This document shows, one piece after another, positions 48,549 to 58,047 of a stretch of 64,000 bases of DNA (positions within the stretch are counted from its first letter, which is position 1; each line of letters begins with the position of its first letter). The stretch is from a virus. A program made the translations under genes and the position numbers. The notes under the pieces were generated by a model. That model ran no database searches. It was not told the origin of the DNA and worked only from the letters and a program-made list of their open reading frames with translations. The stretch lies in the IMG/VR virus record IMGVR_UViG_3300035698_010959. One strand, written 5' to 3'.

Positions 48549-49932
48549 TTAGATCCTCCCCGAAGCTTTCTGAAAGTCGTTTTAATCCAAATACTCTTCT
48601 CGCAATATCAGCATCATCTAAATTAGATAGAGGTTCTGGATTAAGGTCTTCAATGTCTGGGTCTATTGCAAAGTCTATTCCTAATTCTTTTGCTTGTTCA
48701 GTAAATACTCCAACCAACCCAGGATGATTTATATCATTTACTTTTTTTGTGTTTGCTACATTGAGTATTTTTTGTATCATGTCTTTATCTACTTCACCTG
48801 TGTTTATTACAGACTCTATAGATATGATAACTGCGTCTAATAGTGGAAGCCATTTCTTTGAAACAAGTAATGCTTTTGGAGCCCGATTTGCTCTATCAAG
48901 TTGTACTTTGTTATTAGTTTTTTTAAACCTATAGATATCTGCAACTACGTCTGAATATTTGCGATTAAGATTTAGTGTGCCTCGTAGTATGCTATCAATA
49001 AAAGAATCCCATGCAGGGCAATATTCAAGCGGGTTTAAATCATATAAAAAATCTCTTACTGGATCAAGTAAAGCTTGTTTTGCTTTTCTATAGGTTAAGA
49101 ATGCATTTGCTGCTATGTTTGAGGATAGCCTATATGCTAGTTTGGTTCTAAGATAAGAGGCTATAGATTTCCAATCAGCGGCATACATGGCAGTATAAAA
49201 TTTTAACATACTTCTCATTGCGCGTAATGCGTTTAAAAGATTTAATACTTTTTGTCGCTTATCAAAGTTACCAGGACCTCCAACAAGAAGTTGTTTAACC
49301 ACACACTGTTTTATTCTATACCCATATGTGTGTATTGCTTTTAGTATCTCAACTCTTATTTTTTGTGAAGCGCTAGCATCTTCGTTTAGAATGTTAAATA
49401 AAGCATATGATGGATGGTTACTATTACTTGAAACAATTCCAGAATAATTTTCTTTATAAAAATCTGAAAACAATTCTGAGGATAGAGAATGAAGTGAGGA
49501 TTGTAGTGTATACTTCATATCTTCTAATATAGAAGCATACAAAAATTCAGGTCTTTGATCATTACTTAAGTAGTGATCTTCAACAACTTCTGCTAAAGCA
49601 ATTGCTCCATATTCTTGACTTCCAAGGCCAGCCATATATTCAGAAACTGTTGTTGTTTGTTTACCTATTGAGTCTTGTAATTCGTCAGGAATAGGAATTG
49701 GTGCATCATCAGATAACGTAGATAGAAGAGTATCTTGTAGTTCTGCTACTTTAGAAAGTTCATATTCTAGTTTATATCTAATGTCCTCTAATTGTTGAAT
49801 AGAAACTTCTGTTTGATCTCCAATATTAACTTCTGCAATAGGTGTTAAATCTGGTTCTGGTGTTTCTACAAACTCTGGTATATAGTCTATTACAGGTTTT
49901 TTAGTAAGATCTTTAAAGTCCAAGATACACAA
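48511..49932 (-). CDS. Hypothetical helical protein
   Basis: 473-aa ORF between terminase and portal. Confidence 0.7.
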   Translation of the reverse strand: MCILDFKDLTKKPVIDYIPEFVETPEPDLTPIAEVNIGDQTEVSIQQLEDIRYKLEYELSKVAELQDTLLSTLSDDAPIPIPDELQDSIGKQTTTVSEYMAGLGSQEYGAIALAEVVEDHYLSNDQRPEFLYASILEDMKYTLQSSLHSLSSELFSDFYKENYSGIVSSNSNHPSYALFNILNEDASASQKIRVEILKAIHTYGYRIKQCVVKQLLVGGPGNFDKRQKVLNLLNALRAMRSMLKFYTAMYAADWKSIASYLRTKLAYRLSSNIAANAFLTYRKAKQALLDPVRDFLYDLNPLEYCPAWDSFIDSILRGTLNLNRKYSDVVADIYRFKKTNNKVQLDRANRAPKALLVSKKWLPLLDAVIISIESVINTGEVDKDMIQKILNVANTKKVNDINHPGLVGVFTEQAKELGIDFAIDPDIEDLNPEPLSNLDDADIARRVFGLKRLSESFGEDLNESSKPVIEDSS

Positions 49933-49971
49933 TTATCCAATCATAGTTTATGTATATAATAATCGTAGGCT

Positions 49972-50011
49972 AAAGAAAGTGTGGGAGGACGACTCACTTC
50001 CTCCAGCCCAC
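49972..50011 (-). terminator. Probable intrinsic terminator
   Basis: Minus strand GGAGGA-loop-TCCTCC followed by CACACTTTCTTT. Confidence 0.45.
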
Positions 50012-50017
50012 GAAAGC

Positions 50018-50317
50018 TTAATAGAGGTCTATTACTTTAGCACTTTGTCCGCTAGCGTTTACTTTTGCTTTTTGAGTATGCTTGTCTGCTGCTAATAGAT
50101 GAAGTTGGGCTTCGGTATATGTTTCCCAAGCTTCTATTTCTAATATCTGTATCTGACGCCACTGCTCATATACAGTATCATCCCATGTATCCGTTGTGCT
50201 TATTTTATCATTTATGGTTTGTATTTTTGTGTTTAAAGTTTCTGCTTGCACGAGCAGCGCTATAAACCTATCATTATGGGCTTTAGCTGCGTCTTCATGT
50301 GTTTTATATATTGTCAT
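50018..50317 (-). CDS. Hypothetical protein
   Basis: 99-aa ORF directly after the terminase. Confidence 0.6.
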   Translation of the reverse strand: MTIYKTHEDAAKAHNDRFIALLVQAETLNTKIQTINDKISTTDTWDDTVYEQWRQIQILEIEAWETYTEAQLHLLAADKHTQKAKVNASGQSAKVIDLY

Positions 50318-50328
50318 ATGTCTCTTAC

Positions 50329-53127
50329 CTAAAAACTCTTTCGTTGGAATGAAAAATCTGTATCAACTGGAGGTAATCCTTTTCGTGTAAAGTTACGGGA
50401 GTAACCTGGAGTTTCATCTCTTTCTACAGAAAATACATATGATTCTCTTCTAATATCTTCTTTATTCTTTTTAGCATCTTCAGCATTAATATACTTTGGC
50501 ATTGGTAACACATAACTATCTGTTGCTGCGTTTAGCTTAAAGGGATCATCAAAGTTTTTATGCATTGCAAAGCTAGCTAGTAGCAATGCTGCTATTATGT
50601 GATCGTTTTCGCCTGTATATTTTATTGTAGAGTTTGATACACCAATTACTTTGAAATCATTAAATTGTTTAGTCAGTGTTTTGTGATATTTTGAATATAT
50701 AAACTTATTATCTTCCATCCACTTAACTAAGATGTTTACCATAAGTGGTTTAATTGGTTTTCTTACTTTTCCAACTACTGGATCTATTGTTTCTATGTAA
50801 TCACTAAAGGTATAGCCTTCTACTTTAGTATGTAGATTTGTATACGGGTGTTCCAATCCATATTTATGTAGATACTCGACTTGCATTTCTCCATATCCTC
50901 TATCAACATAGATATGGTTACAGTCAAATAAATCATCAAGAGCTATAACTCTATCTACAGCTTCTTGTAATACATACTCATGTGGAGGTATTTCTTCTGC
51001 GTATACTATCTTATATCGTTTGGACTCCATATCCATTTCAACTATTACTATGTTTGGTCCAGCACTATACTTATCCCAGTCTACACCCATTGTTCGTGTA
51101 GCATTCTTAGAAGGATGTTGTCCTGGTAGGCTTATATTTGTAAGAGAGTGATAGTAATAATCTTTTTGGGCTCTATCTACATAAGAGTTTTTGAAAACTC
51201 CTTCTCCGATATCTGGAAACTCAGCCATCCATTCCTGATACCAAGTTGCTTCAGTTTCTTCTGCTTTTATTATAGCAATCTTGTCGTCTGGATAGTCTGG
51301 GTTTTTTGTTACAGGCATAAACACTTGACGCCAGGGATCAATAGAATCTGTTTGATCATCTGTGCACCATTTATAGTACATGCCACGTTCTGCTGTAGGA
51401 GTAGATGCTACCCAACAAATAACATTTCGTGTTGCATCTCCATACATAATTGGAGTAATTGCTGGCCAGTCACCTTTACCAAGATAGGCAGCTTCGTCAA
51501 CCATTACTTCATCTGCTGATTGACCTCTTAGTGTTCGTGCTTCTCTATTAGAAGATGCTCCGGTTGTAAATCCTTTTATAATTGATCCATTAGAAAATCT
51601 TATAACTGATGGTTTCTTTTGATTAGAAACTACTGATCCTTCTAATCCTGGACTTACTCGTATAAACTCATTTATTAATTCGAAAAGAGTATCTACTTTA
51701 GGCTGATCTGGACATATAATTAATACTTGACTTGATTCATGAGTTAGTGCCCTCCAGAGTGCCCGTATTGTAAGTGAATAAGAATTATGCTCGTAGAATG
51801 TAGTAAGGTAGGTATTGTGGTTTGGTACTGCAATTGCGATTGTTTGGTCTTTTCCTACACAACGTATAGATACTACTTTTTCCCACCTTGTTGTTTCTGG
51901 AGCCTTGTCGTGTCTCCATGATGATGACCTACTTGTTGCTATTTTAACCGCCTTAATTTTTAGTAAAGAGAGTTTATCTTCTTTTCCATAGATACCAATA
52001 TGTTCGCAAAACTTAAGTCGGTCTGAAGCCCTATGAATTTCTAATACCCAAGCATTTACTTTCTGTCTATATCTAATAGTTGAACAAATACCGCAATATA
52101 GTAACAACTCCTGTACATCACGAACCAATCTTTCTGATACAGAACAGAAACCTATCTCATCTGAACCATGACCATGCTGAGCATCGGGCCTAACATATGC
52201 CCAACCATCAGTAGAAAACAATCTATTTAAAAACAAAGCTATTTGTGGTTTTGATAGTGTAAATACAAACTCTGGTACACATTTATCTCTAGAGTGTACA
52301 TGCATCATTTTGTGGTTACGTAGTAGATTTATTATAGGATTGGATTTACCTTTAGGTCCGTTGCATACTCCTAATGGGCCACGTACTCCCCAACCATATT
52401 TTTGATCCTTGTGCTTAAGTGCTGTTAATCTTCCACCAAGGTTTTCTATACAGCTATGAAACTCTTTAAGTTGTTTGTTGTTTTGCTGAGTGAATACTAT
52501 ATTTTTTCCAGTATAGCCACCATCTCCAAGTAAATAAGCAAGAACCTTTAATTCATCTTCTGAGCTTGTGCATACAGTACTACTAGTCTTAAAGTACTCT
52601 GTAATCGCAACAAGTTGGTCGTTAGAAATATCCTTTAAAGGTGTCCATCCTAAAGACTTAATTATTGGACGACCGCGAGTTGATTGTTTTGTTGCACAAA
52701 AAAGCGGGTGATCTGCGTTTCGTATAATCTTTCTTCCACTCTCAGTTGTTAGTTCATATACTGGCTCAACTTCATTATATTCAGCGAGTGCAGGAACTGC
52801 TATGATACCACTATCTGTAATAGTCAATAATGAAAATTGTTTTCCAATTAAATCTTTGGCTTTTACTCTTTCACCAGTTGATAGTGGAATACGTTCGTTT
52901 TGTGCTACACATTTACCTGATCGTCTGTGTACTCGTATTACATTCTTTCTACTTTTACTTGAAAGAATCTGTTTCTCAACGTCATTTAGTACAAGTGGGG
53001 AATGTTCAAAGTCATCTGGATTTTTTAAGATTGCTTCTGCCCAAAGGATTGGATCCGATATTATCTTTATAATTTTAGATTCTTGGGCTTTTGTTAAATT
53101 AAGGTCATTAGTAGATGATGTAGGCAT
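50329..53127 (-). CDS. terL: Terminase large subunit, intein-containing
   Basis: Walker A HRRSGK|S (split by the intein), LRGQSAD, Walker B VMVDEAAY, ASTP, QEWMAEF, nuclease MGVDW and NDHIIAA. Confidence 0.95.
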   Translation of the reverse strand: MPTSSTNDLNLTKAQESKIIKIISDPILWAEAILKNPDDFEHSPLVLNDVEKQILSSKSRKNVIRVHRRSGKCVAQNERIPLSTGERVKAKDLIGKQFSLLTITDSGIIAVPALAEYNEVEPVYELTTESGRKIIRNADHPLFCATKQSTRGRPIIKSLGWTPLKDISNDQLVAITEYFKTSSTVCTSSEDELKVLAYLLGDGGYTGKNIVFTQQNNKQLKEFHSCIENLGGRLTALKHKDQKYGWGVRGPLGVCNGPKGKSNPIINLLRNHKMMHVHSRDKCVPEFVFTLSKPQIALFLNRLFSTDGWAYVRPDAQHGHGSDEIGFCSVSERLVRDVQELLLYCGICSTIRYRQKVNAWVLEIHRASDRLKFCEHIGIYGKEDKLSLLKIKAVKIATSRSSSWRHDKAPETTRWEKVVSIRCVGKDQTIAIAVPNHNTYLTTFYEHNSYSLTIRALWRALTHESSQVLIICPDQPKVDTLFELINEFIRVSPGLEGSVVSNQKKPSVIRFSNGSIIKGFTTGASSNREARTLRGQSADEVMVDEAAYLGKGDWPAITPIMYGDATRNVICWVASTPTAERGMYYKWCTDDQTDSIDPWRQVFMPVTKNPDYPDDKIAIIKAEETEATWYQEWMAEFPDIGEGVFKNSYVDRAQKDYYYHSLTNISLPGQHPSKNATRTMGVDWDKYSAGPNIVIVEMDMESKRYKIVYAEEIPPHEYVLQEAVDRVIALDDLFDCNHIYVDRGYGEMQVEYLHKYGLEHPYTNLHTKVEGYTFSDYIETIDPVVGKVRKPIKPLMVNILVKWMEDNKFIYSKYHKTLTKQFNDFKVIGVSNSTIKYTGENDHIIAALLLASFAMHKNFDDPFKLNAATDSYVLPMPKYINAEDAKKNKEDIRRESYVFSVERDETPGYSRNFTRKGLPPVDTDFSFQRKSF
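51784..52911 (-). mobile_element. Intein (376 aa) with LAGLIDADG endonuclease in the terminase Walker A
   Basis: GK|CVAQNE ... NADHP ... AYLLGDG ... RLFSTDG ... FYEHN|SYS. Confidence 0.93.
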
Positions 53128-53331
53128 AAGAGTATATATGTGTTATTATTAATAGAGGGTAGTATTGCTGTTGCTAAAGAAGGTTGTGTAGTGGCTAAGA
53201 TGAGGAATTATATGTTAACCACTACACTATTTTGGGGTAGTTGTGTGTGTGTTGTGTCGTGAGTTGAGAGTAGTTAGTTGTTGTTGTTTGTTGTGTTTAC
53301 TTTAGCTATGCTGCATGTTTTACAGTCTTCT

Positions 53332-53451
53332 TTAGTACATGTGTTCTTTTTTTTTAAGACGGTATCTGCACATCCAACAGGTATCATCGTAATCGTCAGT
53401 CCACAGTAAATTTCCACATATTTTACATGGCTCTTTTATAGGAAAAGACAT
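53332..53451 (-). CDS. Small Zn-finger protein (start probably MSFP at 53451)
   Basis: CKIC...CWMC; the longer track ORF overlaps the upstream gene. Confidence 0.45.
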   Translation of the reverse strand: MSFPIKEPCKICGNLLWTDDYDDTCWMCRYRLKKKEHMY

Positions 53452-53461
53452 TTGGTAATAA

Positions 53462-53884
53462 CTACCTTCTACCATATCTCTGAGCAAATAGCCCAGCTTC
53501 CGAGCCAATGAATCCACGTGCAACTCCAAGAGATTGCATTCCTTGTTGTTGTGATTGCATTGTTGCGTCTGTGTGTGCGAATGAATGTGAGAAAGGTTCC
53601 TTTAGTTTACGTTGTAGGGACTGATAATTCTTATAATGTGTATGTGATGCTGTTGCTAACGCTCTTCCCATTGCGGGGCCTTGAAGTACAAGCGTAGCAG
53701 GTAGAAATCCCATAGCAGCATATAGCGTTCCTTCTGCTGCTGCTCGTCCTGCTGCGGCTATTGGATTTTCTCCGTTTGCTATCCTATTCTTCATATCTAA
53801 ATAGGATAAACCAAATCCAAGAGATGTTCCTGCAATATGCATTCCAGCAGCCGGTATTTTACTTGTTACTCTACCAAATTTCAT
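53462..53884 (-). CDS. Gly/Ala-rich amphipathic protein
   Basis: 140 aa; third of three consecutive similar-composition ORFs. Confidence 0.65.
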   Translation of the reverse strand: MKFGRVTSKIPAAGMHIAGTSLGFGLSYLDMKNRIANGENPIAAAGRAAAEGTLYAAMGFLPATLVLQGPAMGRALATASHTHYKNYQSLQRKLKEPFSHSFAHTDATMQSQQQGMQSLGVARGFIGSEAGLFAQRYGRR

Positions 53885-53900
53885 AGTTTATTTACCACTA

Positions 53901-54371
53901 CTATCTTCTATTATTGTGTAGTGCTAGAGGTATATCTCCAGTTGCTCCAAGCATATCTGGTCGCGTTATTTCAAGTCTACCAGATGGTGACATCTCTGCG
54001 CTAAAGTTTTTATATTCTCCGCGTGTTGTTGAGTATGCTCCGCCAAGAACTCCGACCCCAATTGATCCAGCTACTAGCCTATTTTGTAGTGCTGCTGAAA
54101 ATTGAAATGGAGCACTTCGTTTTGTTCCCATTAACTCAGGAGCAAAAATAGGAACTCGTCTACTTGCTGTAAAGGGACTAAACATAGCTGCTCGATATCC
54201 TACTTTAGTTGTTCCTATTGCTAGTCGAGCAACATCATCTGTAAGTTGAGCTGCGCCTTTAACAACCGTAGGAGCCGCTGCTCCAGCAGCACGAGCTGTT
54301 CCTGTTCCTGTTTTAAATCCAGTTTTTACTACTGAGCCTAGTGCTCGTAGCATTGATGATCCAATAGCCAT
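53901..54371 (-). CDS. Gly/Ala-rich basic protein
   Basis: 156 aa; contains GGAYSTTRGE, nearly identical to GGAYSSTRGE in the adjacent gene. Confidence 0.65.
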   Translation of the reverse strand: MAIGSSMLRALGSVVKTGFKTGTGTARAAGAAAPTVVKGAAQLTDDVARLAIGTTKVGYRAAMFSPFTASRRVPIFAPELMGTKRSAPFQFSAALQNRLVAGSIGVGVLGGAYSTTRGEYKNFSAEMSPSGRLEITRPDMLGATGDIPLALHNNRR

Positions 54372-54396
54372 CTAATATGTAGTCATTATCTTTCTA

Positions 54397-54819
54397 TTAG
54401 TAGATTCGTCTACTTTGTCCAGCAACCATTCGAACTGCTTTCTGTTCATACTCTGCTAATTTATTTAATCCTCTACCAACATAACTAGAAGCTCTTCCTC
54501 CACCAATTGATCCACCTGCTCTTGAGTATCTCATTGCTCCAGCGTTATATATTGATCGTAATCCAGCTGCTCCACCTATTGCTCCTACGCCTGCTCCAAG
54601 CATACCACCTTTTATTGCTCCTGATCCAAAGCCTTCACCACGTGTTGATGAATATGCCCCACCTGCTAGAGCCCCTCCACCTGACCATAGTGCTCCTCGT
54701 GCTATACGTCCTCGTGATAGCCCACGTCCAAGATTTGATCGTGCTGCTCCTAGTCCGGCCCTACCTGCTGCTCCCATCCCAAGCCCAGCAGCTTTCATTA
54801 CTCCTAGTAAATTAGCCAT
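54397..54819 (-). CDS. Gly/Arg-rich glycine-zipper protein
   Basis: 140 aa; GAIKGGMLGAGVGAIGGAAG. Confidence 0.65.
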   Translation of the reverse strand: MANLLGVMKAAGLGMGAAGRAGLGAARSNLGRGLSRGRIARGALWSGGGALAGGAYSSTRGEGFGSGAIKGGMLGAGVGAIGGAAGLRSIYNAGAMRYSRAGGSIGGGRASSYVGRGLNKLAEYEQKAVRMVAGQSRRIY

Positions 54820-54971
54820 ATGTTTTATCTATCTCCTTGCTTAGGTATTCCACCTTTAGCAGGAACCATTCCTTGTGGTAACGGTGTGGGAAAGCCCTTT
54901 ACAAGTTTAGGTGATTTAATCGAACTCTTAGGTAGTGATGTTTTTGTTGTTTGTTTACTTGCCATTGTATC

Positions 54972-55706
54972 CTATGTGTTATCCTCCTCTTTGTATTCTG
55001 CGTCTTCTATACTATCGTCGTTTTTTTCTTGTAATTCTTTTAGTTCTTGTGCTTTGGCTCCAGCAGATGTAAGTGAAGAGAAGATTTGTGCTAAATCACT
55101 CTTACCTTTTCCAAGAGAAGTTTCTGCTCTTAATTTTTCTTTTCGTGTAGCAATTAGTGAGTCATATTTTTTAGATAAATCATTTCTTAGTTTTGTTGTC
55201 ATTTCAAATCCAAGATTAGGTATTTTATCTCTTTTTACTACACCTGTTTTTTGTACAACTGCTCCGCTTTTATAATCATATATAGGTTTATTTTTCTGAT
55301 AGAGGTCACAGCGCCTTATGAGTATGTGAAGCCTAACAAGGTCTACTATTGTTTGTATGTCTGTAAAGTCAGTAGGTAGTATACTAAGGTCTAATACATA
55401 TCCAGCAAATAACTTAAATGCTTCTACTATTTCAACCGGACAGTTTTTACCAATGTAATTGTCTATAAACCCTTCTTCTATAATAGGACAATATGCGCTT
55501 GCTGGACAGGCTTCTCCAGCACACATCCAAGGTATATCTCTATAGAGCCCATGCTGGCTATTAACTCGACGCACATCTTCTGGTGTCCAACTATCATTAA
55601 GAGAATGTGCCATTATAGCATCAGATAGTGGATAAATAGAATTTATGTTTTCATCTGGAGTTTTAGAAAAATCTACCAATATAATAGGTTGTTTGTTTTT
55701 AGCCAT
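54972..55706 (-). CDS. Cys-cluster protein, candidate terminase small subunit
   Basis: MCAGEACPASAYCP...CPVE, then helical ...KKYDSLIATRKEK; upstream of terL. Function is inference. Confidence 0.45.
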   Translation of the reverse strand: MAKNKQPIILVDFSKTPDENINSIYPLSDAIMAHSLNDSWTPEDVRRVNSQHGLYRDIPWMCAGEACPASAYCPIIEEGFIDNYIGKNCPVEIVEAFKLFAGYVLDLSILPTDFTDIQTIVDLVRLHILIRRCDLYQKNKPIYDYKSGAVVQKTGVVKRDKIPNLGFEMTTKLRNDLSKKYDSLIATRKEKLRAETSLGKGKSDLAQIFSSLTSAGAKAQELKELQEKNDDSIEDAEYKEEDNT

Positions 55707-55777
55707 ATAATATGTTGTTGTCGTCTAATTATATAATTACTTTATGAATTAATTAAGTGTATGTTGTTGTATACATC

Positions 55778-55803
55778 AAGAAGATTTTACCAAATCTTCT
55801 CAT
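55778..55803 (-). repeat. 26-bp palindromic repeat, copy 1 (minus strand ATGAGAAGATTTGGTAAAATCTTCTT)
   Basis: Identical at 57473-57498 and 58014-58039; 9-bp arms, 4-nt spacer. Confidence 0.9.
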
Positions 55804-55967
55804 CTAAAAGGATTAAATGTTTTCACATACATTACCCATTAGAAAAATGTGTATACACTTATATAGAGGAACAAAATTGACCCCTTATCCGCCAAAAGTC
55901 ATAAAAATAAAAACTTATTTAGCTATTTGAGCGTGAATCTTGGCCCAGCATACTTTAGTTTCTATTA

Positions 55968-56531
55968 TTAGCTTATCCATTCCATAAACCAAGTATATAG
56001 ATATGGTTTTGTAAGCTGTAGTTGGTTTTTAGATTTGTTACTATAGAACAACCAAGAAAACACGTCTGCAAACGTTTCTGATGGTCCACCAACTCCTGGC
56101 TGTTGTTCGTAACTATCTAAACTATCATAGTCTAACGCATATGCAATAAGAAAAGATTCTTTATTAGATGGTCTTTCTTTAAGTACATCTACTGCATGCC
56201 CTACTTCATGTAGTGTCATTGATAGTGATCCATGTGCATCGTCGTCACCTAATACAATACCGTGCACTCCATAGCATCCAGGCACATCCCACCATGTATC
56301 ATCTTTATCCCATCCTCTTGGGTGATAATTTGCAAGACACTCATATCCAGGAAACTCAGGAACAAACATTTTATCTCCTGTTTGTATGTGTATAAATGTA
56401 TCTACCATTGTTTTAATCTTATATGGTAGGCAGTTATACTCTTTTATATACTTTCTTACACACTCTCCATCTCTATAGATATCCCAGTTTTTTGGTTTTT
56501 CTGTAATAGGAGATATAATTTTTTTCATCAT
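55968..56531 (-). CDS. Zinc metalloprotease of the anthrax lethal factor/Pro-Pro endopeptidase (PPEP-1/Zmp1)-like family
   Basis: PRGW...TWWDVPG...HG...LHEVGHAVD...SETFADVF. Confidence 0.75.
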   Translation of the reverse strand: MMKKIISPITEKPKNWDIYRDGECVRKYIKEYNCLPYKIKTMVDTFIHIQTGDKMFVPEFPGYECLANYHPRGWDKDDTWWDVPGCYGVHGIVLGDDDAHGSLSMTLHEVGHAVDVLKERPSNKESFLIAYALDYDSLDSYEQQPGVGGPSETFADVFSWLFYSNKSKNQLQLTKPYLYTWFMEWIS

Positions 56532-56917
56532 AGTTTTCTACACTCTTTACAATAACTTCTTAGTCCATCGGATTTATCTGATGCTTTATGAAACTCTGAT
56601 TTACACTTACGGTTTCCACATTTCTTACATACCTTACCATATATTAAATTATTACGTCTTAAGTTATTTGGATTGCCATCCTTATATGTTACTACTTCAC
56701 CCTCTTCGTAAATATCTAATATATGTTTTTCTATACAAACATACTTATTATAGTATCCTTCTTTAAAAGTAGTAAGTATACCGTCATAAGGTGTTACTCT
56801 CCATGTGTGGTTTTTTACTTTTAGATAATCACCATAGTCTAGAGTTATAATTGTATTTTGATCTATTTTAAACTCTAAACAATCGGAATAGTGTTCTTGT
56901 TGTTTATTTTTTTTCAT
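56528..56917 (-). CDS. Degenerate HNH endonuclease-like protein with a C-terminal Zn finger
   Basis: VVTYKDGNPNNLRRNNL (typical VDH.NG..LDNR..NL with the His lost); CKKC...EFHK...DGLRSYCKEC. Confidence 0.6.
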   Translation of the reverse strand: MKKNKQQEHYSDCLEFKIDQNTIITLDYGDYLKVKNHTWRVTPYDGILTTFKEGYYNKYVCIEKHILDIYEEGEVVTYKDGNPNNLRRNNLIYGKVCKKCGNRKCKSEFHKASDKSDGLRSYCKECRKL

Positions 56918-56928
56918 TTCATGTACAT

Positions 56929-57522
56929 CTAGCCCTTACTGCTGTTGTTGGATGGTGCATAGTGTTGTTGTAATATTCTTTCTACGCATAGTCTTGTTTT
57001 TGGGTGTAGTATTATGCTGTGTTTATTTGATTCATACCAGTCATGTACATCTAGCCCTTTTCCTTGCGCGCGTCCTGCTCCTACCCAATCTGCTACCATT
57101 TCTTTATATATATTGGTAGGCATTTGCTTTGGAGAAATCTTACCTTGTGAGTCTATAAAACACCAATACTGCCAGTGATGTGCATTTGCGTTCTGATGAA
57201 ATAAAAATGCCATATCAAATTCATCTTGTGTTTTACAATCAAAACTTATTGGTCTTGTATCTTTTTCATCTCTATATTGTAACTTTCCATTCTTTTTATT
57301 ATATAATATTTCAACATAAGGAAACCATTCACGTGGTGTATATTTACTAAGGTCATGCTGTAGTCCTCTTATACACGATACTCCAAGCGCACGGCACTCA
57401 ATGTATACATATACTTTGTGTCTTGTAAGATATACTAAATACTTAGCATGCATTTGTAATCTAGTAAACATTAAGAAGATTTTACCAAATCTTCTCATAT
57501 TATGTAATGCTTTTTTCTTCAT
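56929..57522 (-). CDS. DUF5662-like HD-domain protein (true start may be downstream)
   Basis: RHK..V...HDLSKY.P.EW.PY...N.HHWQYW...MP...KEMVADW. The N-terminal MRRFGKIFL is simply the 26-bp repeat. Confidence 0.75.
   Translation of the reverse strand: MKKKALHNMRRFGKIFLMFTRLQMHAKYLVYLTRHKVYVYIECRALGVSCIRGLQHDLSKYTPREWFPYVEILYNKKNGKLQYRDEKDTRPISFDCKTQDEFDMAFLFHQNANAHHWQYWCFIDSQGKISPKQMPTNIYKEMVADWVGAGRAQGKGLDVHDWYESNKHSIILHPKTRLCVERILQQHYAPSNNSSKG
57473..57498 (-). repeat. 26-bp palindromic repeat, copy 2
   Basis: Exact match to copy 1. Confidence 0.9.
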
Positions 57523-57526
57523 TTAT

Positions 57527-57994
57527 TTATCTTAGTGCCTCAAGCACAGCTTTTAAATTTACTAATTCATCTAATAAATCATTTATTGCTTTATCTATTG
57601 TATTGCGTGTTTCACACCTAATTTCTCGTGTACTATCTCGTGTTTCTGTTTGAAGGATTATTGTAGCTGCTAAATCTGTTATTCGATCATAAACAGCATC
57701 TACTAGGTGTATGTGTGTAAATGGGCATTGCTCATTTGGACTCATACATACTTCACAGTTAAGGTTAAGCTGTATTGCTCTTTGAAAAGCTAATCTATTT
57801 TCCATAGACATAACACCAGCACCAAATAAATTTAAGAGACTGGACGTAGCATCTATAGATGCTTGGTGTGTGAAGCTTGTATTGTTAGATCTTTGTTGTT
57901 GTTCGCCGCTGTTGCTGTCTGGTATATCATCTGGGTTGAAGCCCTCAAAGTCGGCACTGTCATCATCGGTAGAGTTATTATTGTTATCTGTCAT
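57527..57994 (-). CDS. Hypothetical protein with an acidic N-terminus and a CxxC...C..H.H motif
   Basis: 155-aa ORF. Confidence 0.6.
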   Translation of the reverse strand: MTDNNNNSTDDDSADFEGFNPDDIPDSNSGEQQQRSNNTSFTHQASIDATSSLLNLFGAGVMSMENRLAFQRAIQLNLNCEVCMSPNEQCPFTHIHLVDAVYDRITDLAATIILQTETRDSTREIRCETRNTIDKAINDLLDELVNLKAVLEALR

Positions 57995-58013
57995 TAGTTT
58001 TTACTATTACAAT

Positions 58014-58039
58014 AAGAAGATTTTACCAAATCTTCTCAT
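58014..58039 (-). repeat. 26-bp palindromic repeat, copy 3
   Basis: Exact match to copy 1; intergenic. Confidence 0.9.
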
Positions 58040-58047
58040 CGCTCCTT

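Noticed and set aside
53128-53331. GT-rich low-complexity region with a GTGTAGTGG/CCACTACAC stem upstream of terL
   Set aside because: Single occurrence with no covariation evidence; plausibly a terminator or leader but not assignable.
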